Origin: Octopus sinensis
Lineage: Eukaryota
Direction of reading: 5' to 3'
NCBI RefSeq assembly: GCF_006345805.1
Contig: NW_021836122.1
Coordinates: 1 to 23,165 of the forward strand
DNA length: 23,165 nt
Position 1 is the first letter of the stretch. Every line of letters starts with the position of its first letter. Of this stretch, positions 10,291-21,745 are shown piece after piece. The notes beneath the pieces are model-generated. The model was not told where the DNA came from, did no database searches, and saw only the letters and a list, made by a program, of their open reading frames with translations. Both the position numbers and the translations under genes were made by a program.

Positions 10291-10482
10291 TAAATATAGC
10301 GTCAACAGATGAGATCCAGAGATGTTAAAAAAGCAGTAATGCTCCAATGGTTTGAACTTACACTTCGAAATCTTTGTCGAGGACAAGGATTGGCTAAAAG
10401 AAGAATTCAGGTCTGTTGCTATGGAGATAATGACGCAAAATAAACAAATAAACTGATTTGGGCTTGATATATAAAATATACG

Positions 10483-10548
10483 CAGTGCTCCAGCATGGCC
10501 ACAGTCAAATGATTGAAACAAGCAAAAGAGTAAAAGAATAAAAGAATG
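10483..10548 (+). mobile_element. SINE 3' tail fragment
   Basis: cagtgctccagcatggccacagtcaaatgattgaaacaagcaaaagagtaaaagaataaaagaat matches the end of 10599-11005. Confidence 0.85.
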
Positions 10549-10598
10549 TACATATATGAAATATACATACATAAAAAATACATACATATATACACACA

Positions 10599-11005
10599 GG
10601 CGCAGGAGTGGCTGTGTGGTAAGTAGCTTGCTAACCAACCACATGGTTCCGGGTTCAGTCCCACTGCGTGGCATCTTGGGCAAGTGTCTTCTGCTATAGC
10701 CCCGGGCCGACCAATGCCTTGTGAGTGGATTTGGTAGACGGAAACTGAAAGAAGCCTGTCGTATATATGTATATATATATGTGTGTTTGTGTGTCTGTGT
10801 TTGTCCCCCTAGCATTGCTTGACAACCGATGCTGGTGTGTTTACGTCCCCGTCACCTAGCGGTTCGGCAAAAAGAGACCGATAGAATAAGTACTGGGCTT
10901 ACAAAGAATAAGTCCCGGGGTTGATTTGTTCGACTAAAGGCGGTGCTCCAGCATGGCCGCAGTCAAATGACTGAAACAAGTAAAAGAGTAAAGAGTAAAA
11001 GAGTA
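10599..11005 (+). mobile_element. Full-length tRNA-derived SINE with an internal (TA)(TG) microsatellite and a (AAAGAGT)n-like tail
   Basis: A-box-like TGGCTGTGTGGTAAG and B-box-like GGTTCAGTCCC; CORE-like cttgggcaagtgtctt; a second full copy lies at 16568-16984. It resembles the tRNA-derived SINEs described from octopus (exact family not verified). Confidence 0.92.
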
Positions 11006-12170
11006 TATACACATGTAAATGTAGATAAGATCATATATATAGAGGAGAAGCAAAAACTGAAAAAAATTCAGAAGATGAACATTCATGTGTAAGCATTGTA
11101 GATATTGATAGATTTACAAAACAGATTTACATAGTGTACAAACGATGCAGAAAACTAAAGAAGAGGGTATTTCGGGTCCGACAGCTGTTTCTGGGGGCTT
11201 GGAAATACGTAACAGTTGTAATGTTGCCAGATGGACTGTGCAGGAAGTCAAGAATATGCAACTAGTACTGGAGGCATGAAAAAACATTAGCGTAAATCGT
11301 AAATCCGGCCTCCGTTTTCTGGGTGGAGAGATTGGCATTTAAGGGTAGAATGGGAGAGGAAGTAGGCAAATAAAAGTCGGTGGAAGGAGGGTGTATGCGG
11401 TTCAGTGGGGAAGAACAATAAGAGATAGTTAGAGTAGGGAGGGGGCGGGGTGAGTGACTAGGGCATTGAGAGAGCTAGAAGAGGTGATCTCTGACCTGCG
11501 TGTTTCCATGACAACCAGTTAAATTGAGGAAGTTCTCAATATATTTTCACTCTTTTTGAAAATGGTTGAGTAAGAGAGTCGTTCCACTTCTAGTGATCTA
11601 TTCTTCTAAGAAAATTTTGAAAAGCGACGAAAATATTTTGGCGAATTAAATTTAAATGTTGAAGTGAATCTAACGGTTTTTGTGTGTTTCTTAAATGGCC
11701 TATAAACCACCTTCCACGCTGCAATTGTTTTCGTTCCAGCACACGATCTCAAATCAGGTCACTTGCTATGCAAGTACATCTCCGTAAAATTTTAATCACC
11801 TGATGAAAACGGTTTTTTCATGATGTATTCTTTGTAGTCGAACTTTTTATAAATAAGATATGCATCTGAAATAGCTTCTTTTACACACACACACATAAAA
11901 GTTTTGCAAAGGATACGTGATACGGTAGCAGCATGTGAAGGAAGGTTGTTTTCTTTTTAAATCCTTAATTATACAAATGAATTTTATAAAATCAGAACAA
12001 GAAGTTTTAGCATTGCGTGTATAAACGGTTTCGTCGATAAATATTGGTTAACCAAGTACGGAAGTTTCCGTCCAAAAGGTTCGTGTCATTCCGTCTTTCT
12101 GAGCTGGTTTTCAAATGGTAAACAATTTTAAAGAAAATCTTTCACACACATACACATGCACACACGCACG

Positions 12171-12213
<43 letters not shown>

Positions 12214-12438
12214 ACACACGTGTAATCATATGTGTGAGTATGTATATCATTGAAAAACAAATAGTAACATGCATGCCGTGTATGCCATAACGTCTGCAAA
12301 TCTAATGGAGGCCCCAAAAGACATTTTAAGATCCACAAAGATGAGAACTTAACTGCAGCCCTTGGTGGTCCAAATCCGATATATGCAAGCTATGTGAGTG
12401 TCTTTTCAAAACATTGCCTGGTTTAAAAAGCCACATCA

Positions 12439-12794
<356 letters not shown>

Positions 12795-13305
12795 ATATAT
12801 ATATATATGTATGTATGTATGTATGTATATGTATATATATACATACACATACATACAAGGCGAGGACAAGTGAGGCATAGAGATGGAGAGAGAGAGGGAG
12901 AGAGAGAGAAAGATTGAGAAGGAGAGAGAAATCGATATAAGGTCAAACTGAACTGATTGAAACGATTAAAGTTCGAAGGTTTGATCTTGTTATCGATATG
13001 TCGCTGCAAGTTAATAACAGCGTTGTTGAATGGTTTGGAAATGGCCGACCAGTTTAATGAAGTCATCTCACGGAAGCAATTGGGTCAGAGTTACATAGAG
13101 ACTCGTTTACTATTGAAAGAGCTTAGAACTATACTGTCAGATCTGTCACAGTTCAGTAAAACCTGTCTGAAACCGGTGATTAAAGCCGAAAGATTTATGT
13201 AGCTAACTCACAAAATCAACCAGTCTTAGTTTACAAACCCTTCGAGAGACGAAAGGTGTTTGTATCTCTTTCGTTTAGTCGTCTTCCCTTCTACCCTCCT
13301 CTTTA

Positions 13306-13343
<38 letters not shown>

Positions 13344-13683
13344 GGCACTTCAATACAAATAATTCAATATGAACAAGGAAAACAAGAGAGTAATGAAATT
13401 TCAATTCTCAGCTTAATACGGGCGCACACACATATACATACAGACACATAGACACACCCACCCACCCACACACAAGCACACGCGCTCACATTATATAGGA
13501 GTGGGTGCTCAAGCGAGCCAAATCAACACTCAGCAATTTTATTGTCGTTGAAATGTGACTACATCTGAGGATGTGGTGGTCAGTGGTCAGAGAATAAGGA
13601 CGCTTTCTGCGGCCGCGAAAGTTTAAGCAATGCAGAGTTGAGTCAATGTTATGATACGTATCATTATATATAGATACATACAC

Positions 13684-13803
13684 GTATGTATGTATGTATG
13701 TATGTATGTATGTATGTATGTATGTATGTATGTATGTATGTATGCATGTATGTATGTATGTATGTGTGTATGTATGTATGTATGTATGTGTGCGTATGTG
13801 TGC

Positions 13804-13834
<31 letters not shown>
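13684..13834. repeat. (TATG)n/(TG)n microsatellite
   Basis: Visible directly in the sequence. Confidence 0.95.
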
Positions 13835-13835
<1 letters not shown>

Positions 13836-14045
13836 TCTTGTGTGCCTTTTTTTATCTTTGCCTCGTCGCTTGACAGCAAGCATTGCTTTGTTACCCTTTT
13901 CTGACCTAGCGGTTCGGCGATGGGATAAACATCAGAGCTAGAATAAGTCCTGGGATTAACTCGAACGACTAAGACCTTCCATATATATCTTGGAGATGCT
14001 CCAGTATGGCCGCCGTCTAATGAATAAAGCAAGTAAAAGAATTAA
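13835..14045 (+). mobile_element. Older, diverged 3' half of the same SINE
   Basis: cgcttgacagc...acctagcggttcggc...gaataagtcctggg...gatgctccagtatggccgc...aagtaaaaga. Confidence 0.8.
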
Positions 14046-14176
14046 AGACAATATATTCAGGGTTCCATTGAATCGATGTGTCCTTCATGGTTTTTATTAA
14101 GTTAGTGTTATTTGTGTAAGATTTGGCTGCTATTGTGGTCTTGCATTTTTTTGTAAAAGTTAGAATGTGATTTGAA

Positions 14177-14440
14177 GGCGCGTAGCCTGGTGGTGGAGCT
14201 GGTGCACTTTTGATCTTACGATTATGGTTTCGATTTCCGGGCAGGGCATCGTGTTGTGTTCTTGAGCAAAGCATTCAATTCCATTCATCTGTAGATGAGT
14301 TGAGTCCCGCCAAAAGCTGGGAAGCTAACCCTACAGTGGACCTGTGTCCCTGCCAGGGGGAGTGGAATATTGTGATCTCGGTCGCTTAGACGCCATTGTA
14401 AGCGGTTTAAGTTCCGGACTTTGAATCGTACGGTCCATGA
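14177..14440 (+). mobile_element. Second tRNA-derived SINE type, diverged
   Basis: Head ggcgcgtagcctggtggt (A-box-like) and ggtttcgatttcc (B-box-like), followed by the central block gtgttcttgagcaaagca. Confidence 0.6.
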
Positions 14441-14524
14441 CAATGTGACTTTGATGGCTGTTTAGCTGCTATTTTTAGCAGCTGGTCTGGTGGTTTGCTT
14501 GTCGTTTTTCATAGTGTATCCGTT

Positions 14525-14945
14525 TTGTTCTTTTATATGTTTCAGTCACTCAAGAGATTGAAGAGACTTTAGTCAAATTTAGCCGAACCGCTAGGTTACG
14601 GAGACGTAAATAAAACAATTCCAGTTGTCGAGTGTGGGGGACAAACATAAACACACACACACACACACACACACGCGCGCGCACACACACTCACACACAC
14701 ACGTACACACACACACACGTACACATACGCACACACATATACACACACACACGCGCGCGCACACACATTCACACATCTGGATACACGACGGACTCGAACC
14801 CGCCTTACCAAATTTACTTGCAAGGCATTGATCAGTCCAGAAAAGTAGTGGAAAACACTTGCCCAAGGAGATGCGCTGGGAGTACTGAACCGTAACCAGG
14901 TGGTCGCAAAGCGAGCTTGTTAACCCGACAGCCCATTGTGCCATT
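14525..14945 (-). mobile_element. Diverged full-length copy of the main SINE with an expanded internal (CA)n
   Basis: Plus strand gccgaaccgctaggttacggagacgtaaa, gggggacaaac, acacttgcccaagg, actgaaccgtaacc are reverse complements of blocks in 10599-11005. Confidence 0.85.
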
Positions 14946-15829
14946 GTGCAAGAGATATTTTATTTTTGCATCACCCCGCTCCAACAGCGAAACTTAGAGT
15001 GTTATATATCTTGCAAACAACTTGCACATGCAAGTGCTACCAGTTAAAAGCTCCGTATATCGGAAGCTAGCAAGTGTATGGGGTCATCAGGAGAGAATGC
15101 GCGCCGTTTCGGGGCCTACCTCTCGACGGCATCAATGCGCACCGGCCCCGCTTGCTAGATCAGCTGGTTATGAAGAACTCAATATACTTCTAGCCATCGC
15201 TCATCGTCTCTTTTTAACCAAATCCAGTGGCTAGCCTTCTCCACTGTAGATTGGATATCAGTCATGGTGGTATTGACCTTACGATGAGTTAGGCCTAACG
15301 ATAACAACAGTCGTCTCACGCTGTGTCCTACAAACCCTCTACATCCGACTTCGATAGGAAAATGTTCCGCTTTCCAGCCTGCCTCTTCACATTAGGAACA
15401 TACAGAAGAAGACAACATTGTTTGTTTGGTTAAAATTGGAGAAAAGAAATGGTAACACATCTAAAAATAGAGATTTTACGGCGTCAATGTAATGGCCAAG
15501 CTAATGAGAGTCAAACCTTCACAATAAAATACGTCATGCCACGACAAAATAATTATGAATTTACAAATAATTTCTATATTAAAAAAAAAAAATTTCCTTT
15601 TTTTACGCTACTTTTTTTCCTATTTTTCTTTTGAAAACTTCACGTTACTAAATTTACAATTTTGCATTAAAAAATAAATCTAAATCTTGATGTAATTTTT
15701 ATTTTCTTAATCTAAAATGAAGTTTTTTATGTCATTTTGCGCACAAGAAACACGTCTGGCGAATTTTATTGTTCTTGTTTAAGTTTTTTTAGTTTTGATT
15801 TTATTTCAGGTATTTAGTATTATTTGTTA

Positions 15830-15856
15830 TTACTATTTGCTGTTGCTGTTGTTACC

Positions 15857-15944
<88 letters not shown>

Positions 15945-15995
15945 ATACTACTACTACTACTGCTACTACTGTTGTTGTTATTGTAGTTATTGTTG
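15830..15995. repeat. (CTA)n/(GTT)n trinucleotide tract
   Basis: Visible directly in the sequence. Confidence 0.95.
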
Positions 15996-16567
15996 GTTAT
16001 GAAATATCGCTGCTGGTGTTAAGAGGACGTTCTTCTCTGGGGGAAGAAAACCACTTTATTTCCGATGCCCAAGCACTCATTAAGTTTGAGAAATTGTAAA
16101 TTTTTACGTCGGTTGATGAGGTTAAGGAATTCACAAAGAGTTTGTAGCCAAGTTCCAGCGGAAACGTTCGTGGTTCCTATTCCATTATCGACACAACGGT
16201 TGTAGTCATAACTAAACACAGCTAACATGGCTGTGTCTACCTTAATCAGTTGTGCATGAGTGTATGTGTAAGTGTTGTGTGTGTGTGTGTGTGTGGTGTG
16301 TGTGTGTGTGTGTGTGTGTGTACGTGCATGCGCACGCGTGTCGCGGTGGCAAACGATCTTGAGTGGGTCAATTGTAGTTCATGCTTAATAAAGTCTTTAA
16401 GGCAAGAAAGTGAGCTGATTCGAAAATTCAAATTGGTAAAAATTGAATTGGGTGTACGCACACAAATACACACGCACACAAGCACATACACATACACACA
16501 AATACACATGCACACACACAAGCGCAAACGCATACATAAATACACACACACACACACTATTATATAA

Positions 16568-16984
16568 GGACAGGATGGCTGTGTGGTAAGTAGCTTGTTT
16601 ACCAACCACATGGTTCCGGGTTCAGTCCCACTGGCGTGGCATCTTGGGCAAGTTTCTTCTGCTATAGCCTCGGGCGACCAAGCCTTGTGAGTGGATTTGG
16701 TAGACAGAACCTGGAAGAAGCCTGTCGTATATATGTATATATATATATATGTGTGTGTGTTATGTTTGTGTGCCTGTGTTTGTCCCCCTAGCATTGCTTG
16801 ACAAACCGATGCTGGGTGTTTTACGGGTCCCCGTCACTTAGCGGTGGCAAAAAGACCGATAGAATAAGTACGGGCTTACAAAAGAATAAGTCCCGTGGTC
16901 GAGTTGCTCGATTAAAGGCAGTGCTCCCAGCATGGCCGCAGTCAAAATGACTGAAACAAGTAAAGAGTAAAAGAGTAAAGAGTA
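16568..16984 (+). mobile_element. Full-length copy of the main tRNA-derived SINE
   Basis: Colinear with 10599-11005; many differences are 1-bp indels. Confidence 0.92.
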
Positions 16985-17046
16985 ATATATATATATATAA
17001 TATATATATATATATTTATATATAATATATATATATATATATATTT

Positions 17047-17220
17047 ATAAGGAAAGGAAATTTACGAAAAAAAACACACAAAAGACGAAGACAGGTGGTG
17101 TACAAAACAAAAGATGTATTAGTATAAACGTTCAGGAATAGAAAAAGTCTTTTACGTTTCGAGCCTACGCTCTTCTACATAAAGGGACACAGAAAAAACG
17201 GTGAAAAACAAGGAGAGAAA
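17047..17220 (-). mobile_element. Variant PLE terminal repeat in tandem with 17443-17620
   Basis: aaagacgaagacaggtgg...tgtattagtat...tcaggaata...gtcttttacgtttcgagcctacgctcttc aligns with 17470-17570. Confidence 0.8.
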
Positions 17221-17376
17221 CTTCTCCACTGGACTCTTTACCATTACGGATACTTATCCTCTGGCTGTACCTCTCCTCACACGGATTCACAGTGGACTCT
17301 ACTCTCTCTCTCTCTCTCTCTTCTCTCTCTTCTCTCCTATATTATATATATGCTAATATATAATATATATATATAT

Positions 17377-17434
<58 letters not shown>

Positions 17435-17758
17435 TATATATATAACGGGAACGCTTTATGAAAATAAACAAAAGACGAAGGCAGGTGGAAAACAAACGAA
17501 CAATTGTATTAGTATGGCGCTCAGGAAATATAATAAAACAAGTCTTTAACGTTTCGAGCCTACGCTCTTCAACAGAAAGATACACAGAGAGAGAAAAACA
17601 CAGAAGAAGAGAGAAAAAAAATGCGTGCAGTAGCTAACGAATCACATGGCGATCTGATTTCGGCCAGAGGTCAAAGATCAAACATGAGACGCGAGAGCGA
17701 AATAAGGGGAGATATAGGGTTGATAAAGGTGTTGAGGGACCAGCTAAAAGTGCGTGGG

Positions 17759-18085
17759 AGGGTCTGGATGTGTGTATGTATAGGGTTGGTTGTATGTATT
17801 AGTATGTATAAGGGTGTGTGTGTGTGTTGGTGTGTGTGTGTATGAGAGAGTATTAGTGCGTAAGATTGGTTGGACGTGCGTATGTATGGGGTTGGTGTAT
17901 GTATTAGTATGTATTAGTATGTATTAGTACGTATTGGTATGTATAGGTGTGTGTGTGTGTGTGAGAGAGTATAAGTGCGTATGCGGGGTCTGGACTTGTG
18001 TATGTATAGGGTTGGTGTAAGTATTAGTATGTACTAGTATGTATAGTACGTATTAGTATGTATTAGTTGGTGTGTGTATTAGTAT
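17759..18085. repeat. ~110-125-bp unit repeated about three times, with nested (GTATTAGTAT)n and (GT)n, in the PLE 3' UTR
   Basis: The block ggtctgga(c/t)..tgtatgtatagggttggtgtatgtattagtatgta recurs near 17761, 17870 and 17987; gagagagtat(t/a)agtgcgta recurs near 17844 and 17963. Confidence 0.75.
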
Positions 18086-18419
18086 GCACATCATTGTGAT
18101 GTGATGTGTAGTCTGTGGTGTAGTGAGGAGAGAGGGGGAGGGGAGAAGAGGGGGAATAGACTGGGAGGGGAAGAAGAGGGGGAAGAGAGGGGGAAGAGGA
18201 GACGATGGGGAGAAAGGAAAGGTGAGGAGGGGTTGAAGGAGGAAAGAGGGAGAGGGGGAGAGAGAGCAGGGGATAGAGGGAGTGAGGGTCAGAGGGAAAG
18301 GGGAAGAGGGAGGGAGAAAGAGGGAAGAAGGGAGGGGAGTAGGGGTGAAGTATGAAGGACTGAAGAAGTAGGGGTCGGAGGGAGAAAGGATAGGTGAGGA
18401 GGGGGGAGAGGGGGGTTAG

Positions 18420-20325
18420 ATGAGGAGGGGGGAGAGTTGAGACCAAATGGCGTATAAGAGCGAAGAGAGAAGATTAATTCCTGTTCACGGCGCAAACGGG
18501 AATCCGGATGGCCTCTGTGTAAGGACAAACCGAACACAGATAGGTGTTGCAAGGAGTGACCGGTGGAGCGGAAATGGCGTGAGACCGGTGTGTCGTTCGC
18601 AAGGTGGATGTCACGAAGGTGTTCCGCGAACCGGTCAGCCAAGCGGCGTCCCGTTTGTCCGATGTACAAGGAATTGCAGAGAGAGCAAGAGATGCAATAG
18701 ATAATATTGCTGGAGGTGCAGGTGAAGGAGTGGATGATGGGATAGGGTCGATGGTGGGTGCTAGTGAGGCGGTGGTGTTGGAGAGAGTAAGGGCAAGTGC
18801 GGCAACGTGGGCGGGAGCAGGGGAACGAGCCGGGTTGGGAGGTAGGGTCAGGGAAGGAGCTATGGACCAAAAGGTCTCGAAGGTTGTGGGCTCGTTTGAA
18901 AGAGGGGAGGGGTCGGTTAGGGAAGAGGTGTGAAGTGGACGGGTCGGACTGGAGATGACGGAAAGCTCGAAGAATGGTGCGTTGGAGACGTAGGGTCGTG
19001 GGGTGGTAAGTGAGGGGAAAATGGAGGCGGGAGACTACAGGGCGGGTTCGGGAGAGAGAGCAGATACACGGTCCACGGACCGTGCTCTGGCAAGGGCGGT
19101 GTGGATAGTGGTGAGGGGGTATCCACGTAGGTGAGTGGTGAGCCATACATTGAGACTGAGTCTCAAAGTCATGGTCGTCACTACAGAGCCTACGTAGACG
19201 GAGGAATTGGGAATAGGGGATGGAAAGCTTGGTGTGTTCTGGTGGGAGGAAGAGAAGTTGAGGTATGAGTGTGAGTCTGTGGTGTTTGTAGTGAATGGAG
19301 GTGGTAAGAGTGGAGTGAAAATGCTAACCGAAATGTCGAGAAGGAACAGAGGTTGGAGATAGTGGAAGTGAAGTGGAGGGCTGGATGGAAGATTGGACGA
19401 AAGAGAGAAGGAATCTAGATGTTCGCGGGAGAGTGAGGTGGCACCGATAATGTCGTCAATATAACGACCATATAGTTCAGGAGTGGGACCAGTGAAATTA
19501 GAGAATATTTGGGCCTCAACATAGCCAACGAACAGGTTCGCATAGTGGGGCCCATTCGCGTTCCCATGGCCACTCCCGAGACCTGATGGTAGAACTCGCC
19601 CGCGAACGAGAGCAGTTCAGAGTAAGGACAAGTTCGGCCAGACGAATGAGTGTGGAGGTGTCAGGTAAGGGTTAGAGCGGAGGTCAAGAAGTGTCGAAGG
19701 CCTGCAGTCCTTCGTGGTGAGGGATACAGTATAGAGGCTTTGGATGTCCATAGTAAAAAGGATTTTGGAGGAGCCGGGAGGAAGGAGAAAGAGTTGAAAA
19801 GCCGGAGAGCATGGTTGGTATCGTGGATGTGGGAGGGAAGAGATGCCACTAGGGGGGCAAGGACACGGTCGAGGTATTTAGAGATGAGCTCCGTGGGGCA
19901 GTTACAGGCAGAGACGATGGGGCGGCCAGGGTTGTTGGGTTTGTGGATTTTGGGGAGGAAGTAAATGGTGGTGTACGTGGGTGGTGTGGTTCGCACAATT
20001 AGGTTGGATGCGGTGCGGGGAGACGGGAGGACGAGATGAGGTCTTGGACAGTAAGAGGATACCGTCTGTTGGTAGCTACGTGTGGGGTTAGAGGGCAGAG
20101 GGGAATAGAAGGAGGTGTCATGAGTTGGCGGAAAGCCTCGGCCTATAGAGGTCCGCGCGCCACACCACTACAGCTCCACCCTTGTCAGCCGGTTTGATGA
20201 TAATGTCAGCGCGCCGTTGGAGGGAAACGAAGAGCCAAGAGCTCAGCCGGGGAGATGTTGAGGCGGCGTTGGCGCCTGAGAAGTTGAACCGCTCCAATGC
20301 ACGCTGACAAGCGCCCCGCGAAAAG
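18420..20325 (-). pseudogene. PLE RT-GIY-YIG polyprotein broken by many 1-bp frameshifts
   Basis: ORF-track pieces 20118-20600 (3' part), 19661-19996 and 18289-19146, plus the intervening frames, join into one PLE ORF. Confidence 0.88.
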
Positions 20326-20336
20326 ATACACAGACA

Positions 20337-20520
20337 TACAGGGTGTCCATAATTTACTTTATTTAAAAATTCAGGAAAAAGAAACAAGAAAACTCGGCAG
20401 AGTTTATTGGCAAATAAATAGAATTTTATTACAAACATCAGAGCACTTATTCGCGGGGCTCGTCTGATTGCATGCAACATATCTACATGATACAATAGAA
20501 CAAAATTGTAGAAATTGTAG
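20337..20520 (+). mobile_element. Possible left end of a Tc1/mariner-type element
   Basis: Begins TA-CAGGGTGTCC, a common Tc1/mariner TIR start; no matching right TIR or transposase sequence was found. Confidence 0.35.
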
Positions 20521-20544
20521 AGATAATTTATGTATGTAATATCA

Positions 20545-20606
<62 letters not shown>

Positions 20607-20631
20607 TTATCAATCGAAATGTACAGTGTTA

Positions 20632-20722
20632 TATATCCATTACGGCCGATTTTAGCAATCGGTTTCGCACCAGGGGTTCAACAGAGTAACCCTGAGCTCT
20701 TCAGAGGAAACCGTTATGGAAT
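20632..20722 (-). ncRNA. Candidate type I hammerhead ribozyme
   Basis: CUGAAGA (20704-20698), then a ~10-bp bulged helix II closed by G-C, then GAAAC (20666-20662), a helix III hairpin and GUA (20643-20641). Helix I is short and bulged. Confidence 0.45.
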
Positions 20723-20914
20723 GAAATATGGCGCTGCTCTCTATTGTTGGAGGTGAATAGACACACCCGGTTTGTGGTTGCTGTGAAAAAGACGATGGAA
20801 CGAATCGAGCAGTGAATTATCGCATTATCGACCCACCAGAAGAATCCTACTCTTCATTAAGGGGTGGACACGGACAAAACGAACTGACCCAGAAAACTCC
20901 TTCGACGTGGCAAT

Positions 20915-21745
20915 GGGCAAATTTTACTGTCCTATCTAAACAGAAGCATGAGGAAAAAGCAGGCACCATACCAGCAAAAAGCAATGCAGGGGCACATATC
21001 CTGTAAGCTAGAGGGCAGCACCAGTCTTGACAGGAAGAGTAGCTTCACCAGGGCCTACGATAGATAAATTACACCCCACCTAGAAGGATATGCTCTCACT
21101 ATCCAGGAACAAGAGGTAGCTACAAAATACCTGGTAAACAAGGGGGACAAAGATATCACTAAACCTCCCCCACGTTGTGATAAAAATGTTGGCTCTTTAT
21201 TTTAGTATGGAAGATAGCCACTGCATCACCGGCAACTGTCCTTTATTGTTTACGAGATACTACTTGCCATGTTTGATATACTTGCAAAGACTAGTTACAA
21301 GGCAGGAAAGACTGTCCTGATGTATACATCAAAGGCATATCAGAACCAGCAGGTATTCTCGCCTTTACAAACAAGGAATACTGGTGGAATACTTGAGTAA
21401 AAACAGTAATTGGGTGAAAGCATAACAGAACTGATATTGTTCTGTGGGACAGGGAAGAAAAGTTTCGCAGTGTTGTAGAAATCAGCAGCCCTGCGGATGT
21501 AAATGTACCATCAAAAGTTCAGGAAAAAGAGAACATTTATGGTGAATTAAAGCGTAACTCACGGCTCTTGTATTCTCATTTGTATCTATCGTCATAGATG
21601 CATTAGGCTATGCAGAAAACCTAGAATAATAGGTTTTTCGAAGAAAGATCTAAAGAAACTAGCGCGGATACTACAAATTCAATCAATCTATGGCGCAGTG
21701 AAGATTTGTAAGACCCTCCAAAGATTCTCTATCCGAGATTCTTAA
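20915..21745 (+). mobile_element. 3' remnant of an RLE-type non-LTR retrotransposon (R4/Dong-like)
   Basis: PHLEGYALTIQEQEVATKYLVNK; degenerate zinc knuckle MEDSHCITGNCP...RYYLP; RLE region HNRTDIVLWDREEKFRSVVEISSPADVNVPSKVQEKENIYGEL (from 21421); C-terminus QIQSIYGAVKICKT. Stops and frameshifts are present. Confidence 0.85.

Larger units (their letters stand above)
17443..20328 (-). mobile_element. Penelope-like element, Neptune-like, 5'-truncated, with 3' UTR and terminal repeat (17443-~17640)
   Basis: IIIKPADKGGAVVVW (~20179-20196), FLPKIHKPNNPGRPIVSACNCPTE, MDIQSLY, QVSGVAMG (19561-19578), RYIDD (19452-19463), linker CSRPRCRTC (18793-18819; the Cys motif typical of Neptune), GIY-YIG NIIYCISCSLCNSLYIGQTGRRLADRFAEH...SRHF..TGH...REQELIFSL...GLN. 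Confidence 0.93.

Noticed and set aside
10305-10440. ~45-codon open frame (MRSRDVKKAVMLQWF...) as a possible exon
   Set aside because: It has no recognisable homology, weak splice signals and a length expected by chance.
11165-11200. GAAACAGCTGTC on the minus strand resembles a palindromic helix III of a PLE hammerhead
   Set aside because: There is no CUGANGA or helix II upstream; at most it is an unrecoverable relic.
11800-11825. CTGATGA followed by a hairpin
   Set aside because: No GAAA strand follows, and the motif is part of a simple ATGAAAA/TTTTCAT hairpin.
12957-13202. 81-aa non-repetitive ORF with a TTG start
   Set aside because: It has no recognisable motif, no ATG start and no convincing splice context.
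15090-15145. HDV-like ribozyme reading of the 15067-15158 element on either strand
   Set aside because: A P3/L3-like hairpin and a 7-bp G-U-initiated helix exist, but P1, P1.1, P2 and P4 cannot be placed in the required order.
16112-16172. TTGATGAG...GAAACGTTC hammerhead-like spacing
   Set aside because: It has U at position 3, an unpaired 11-nt spacer before GAAA, and no helix I.
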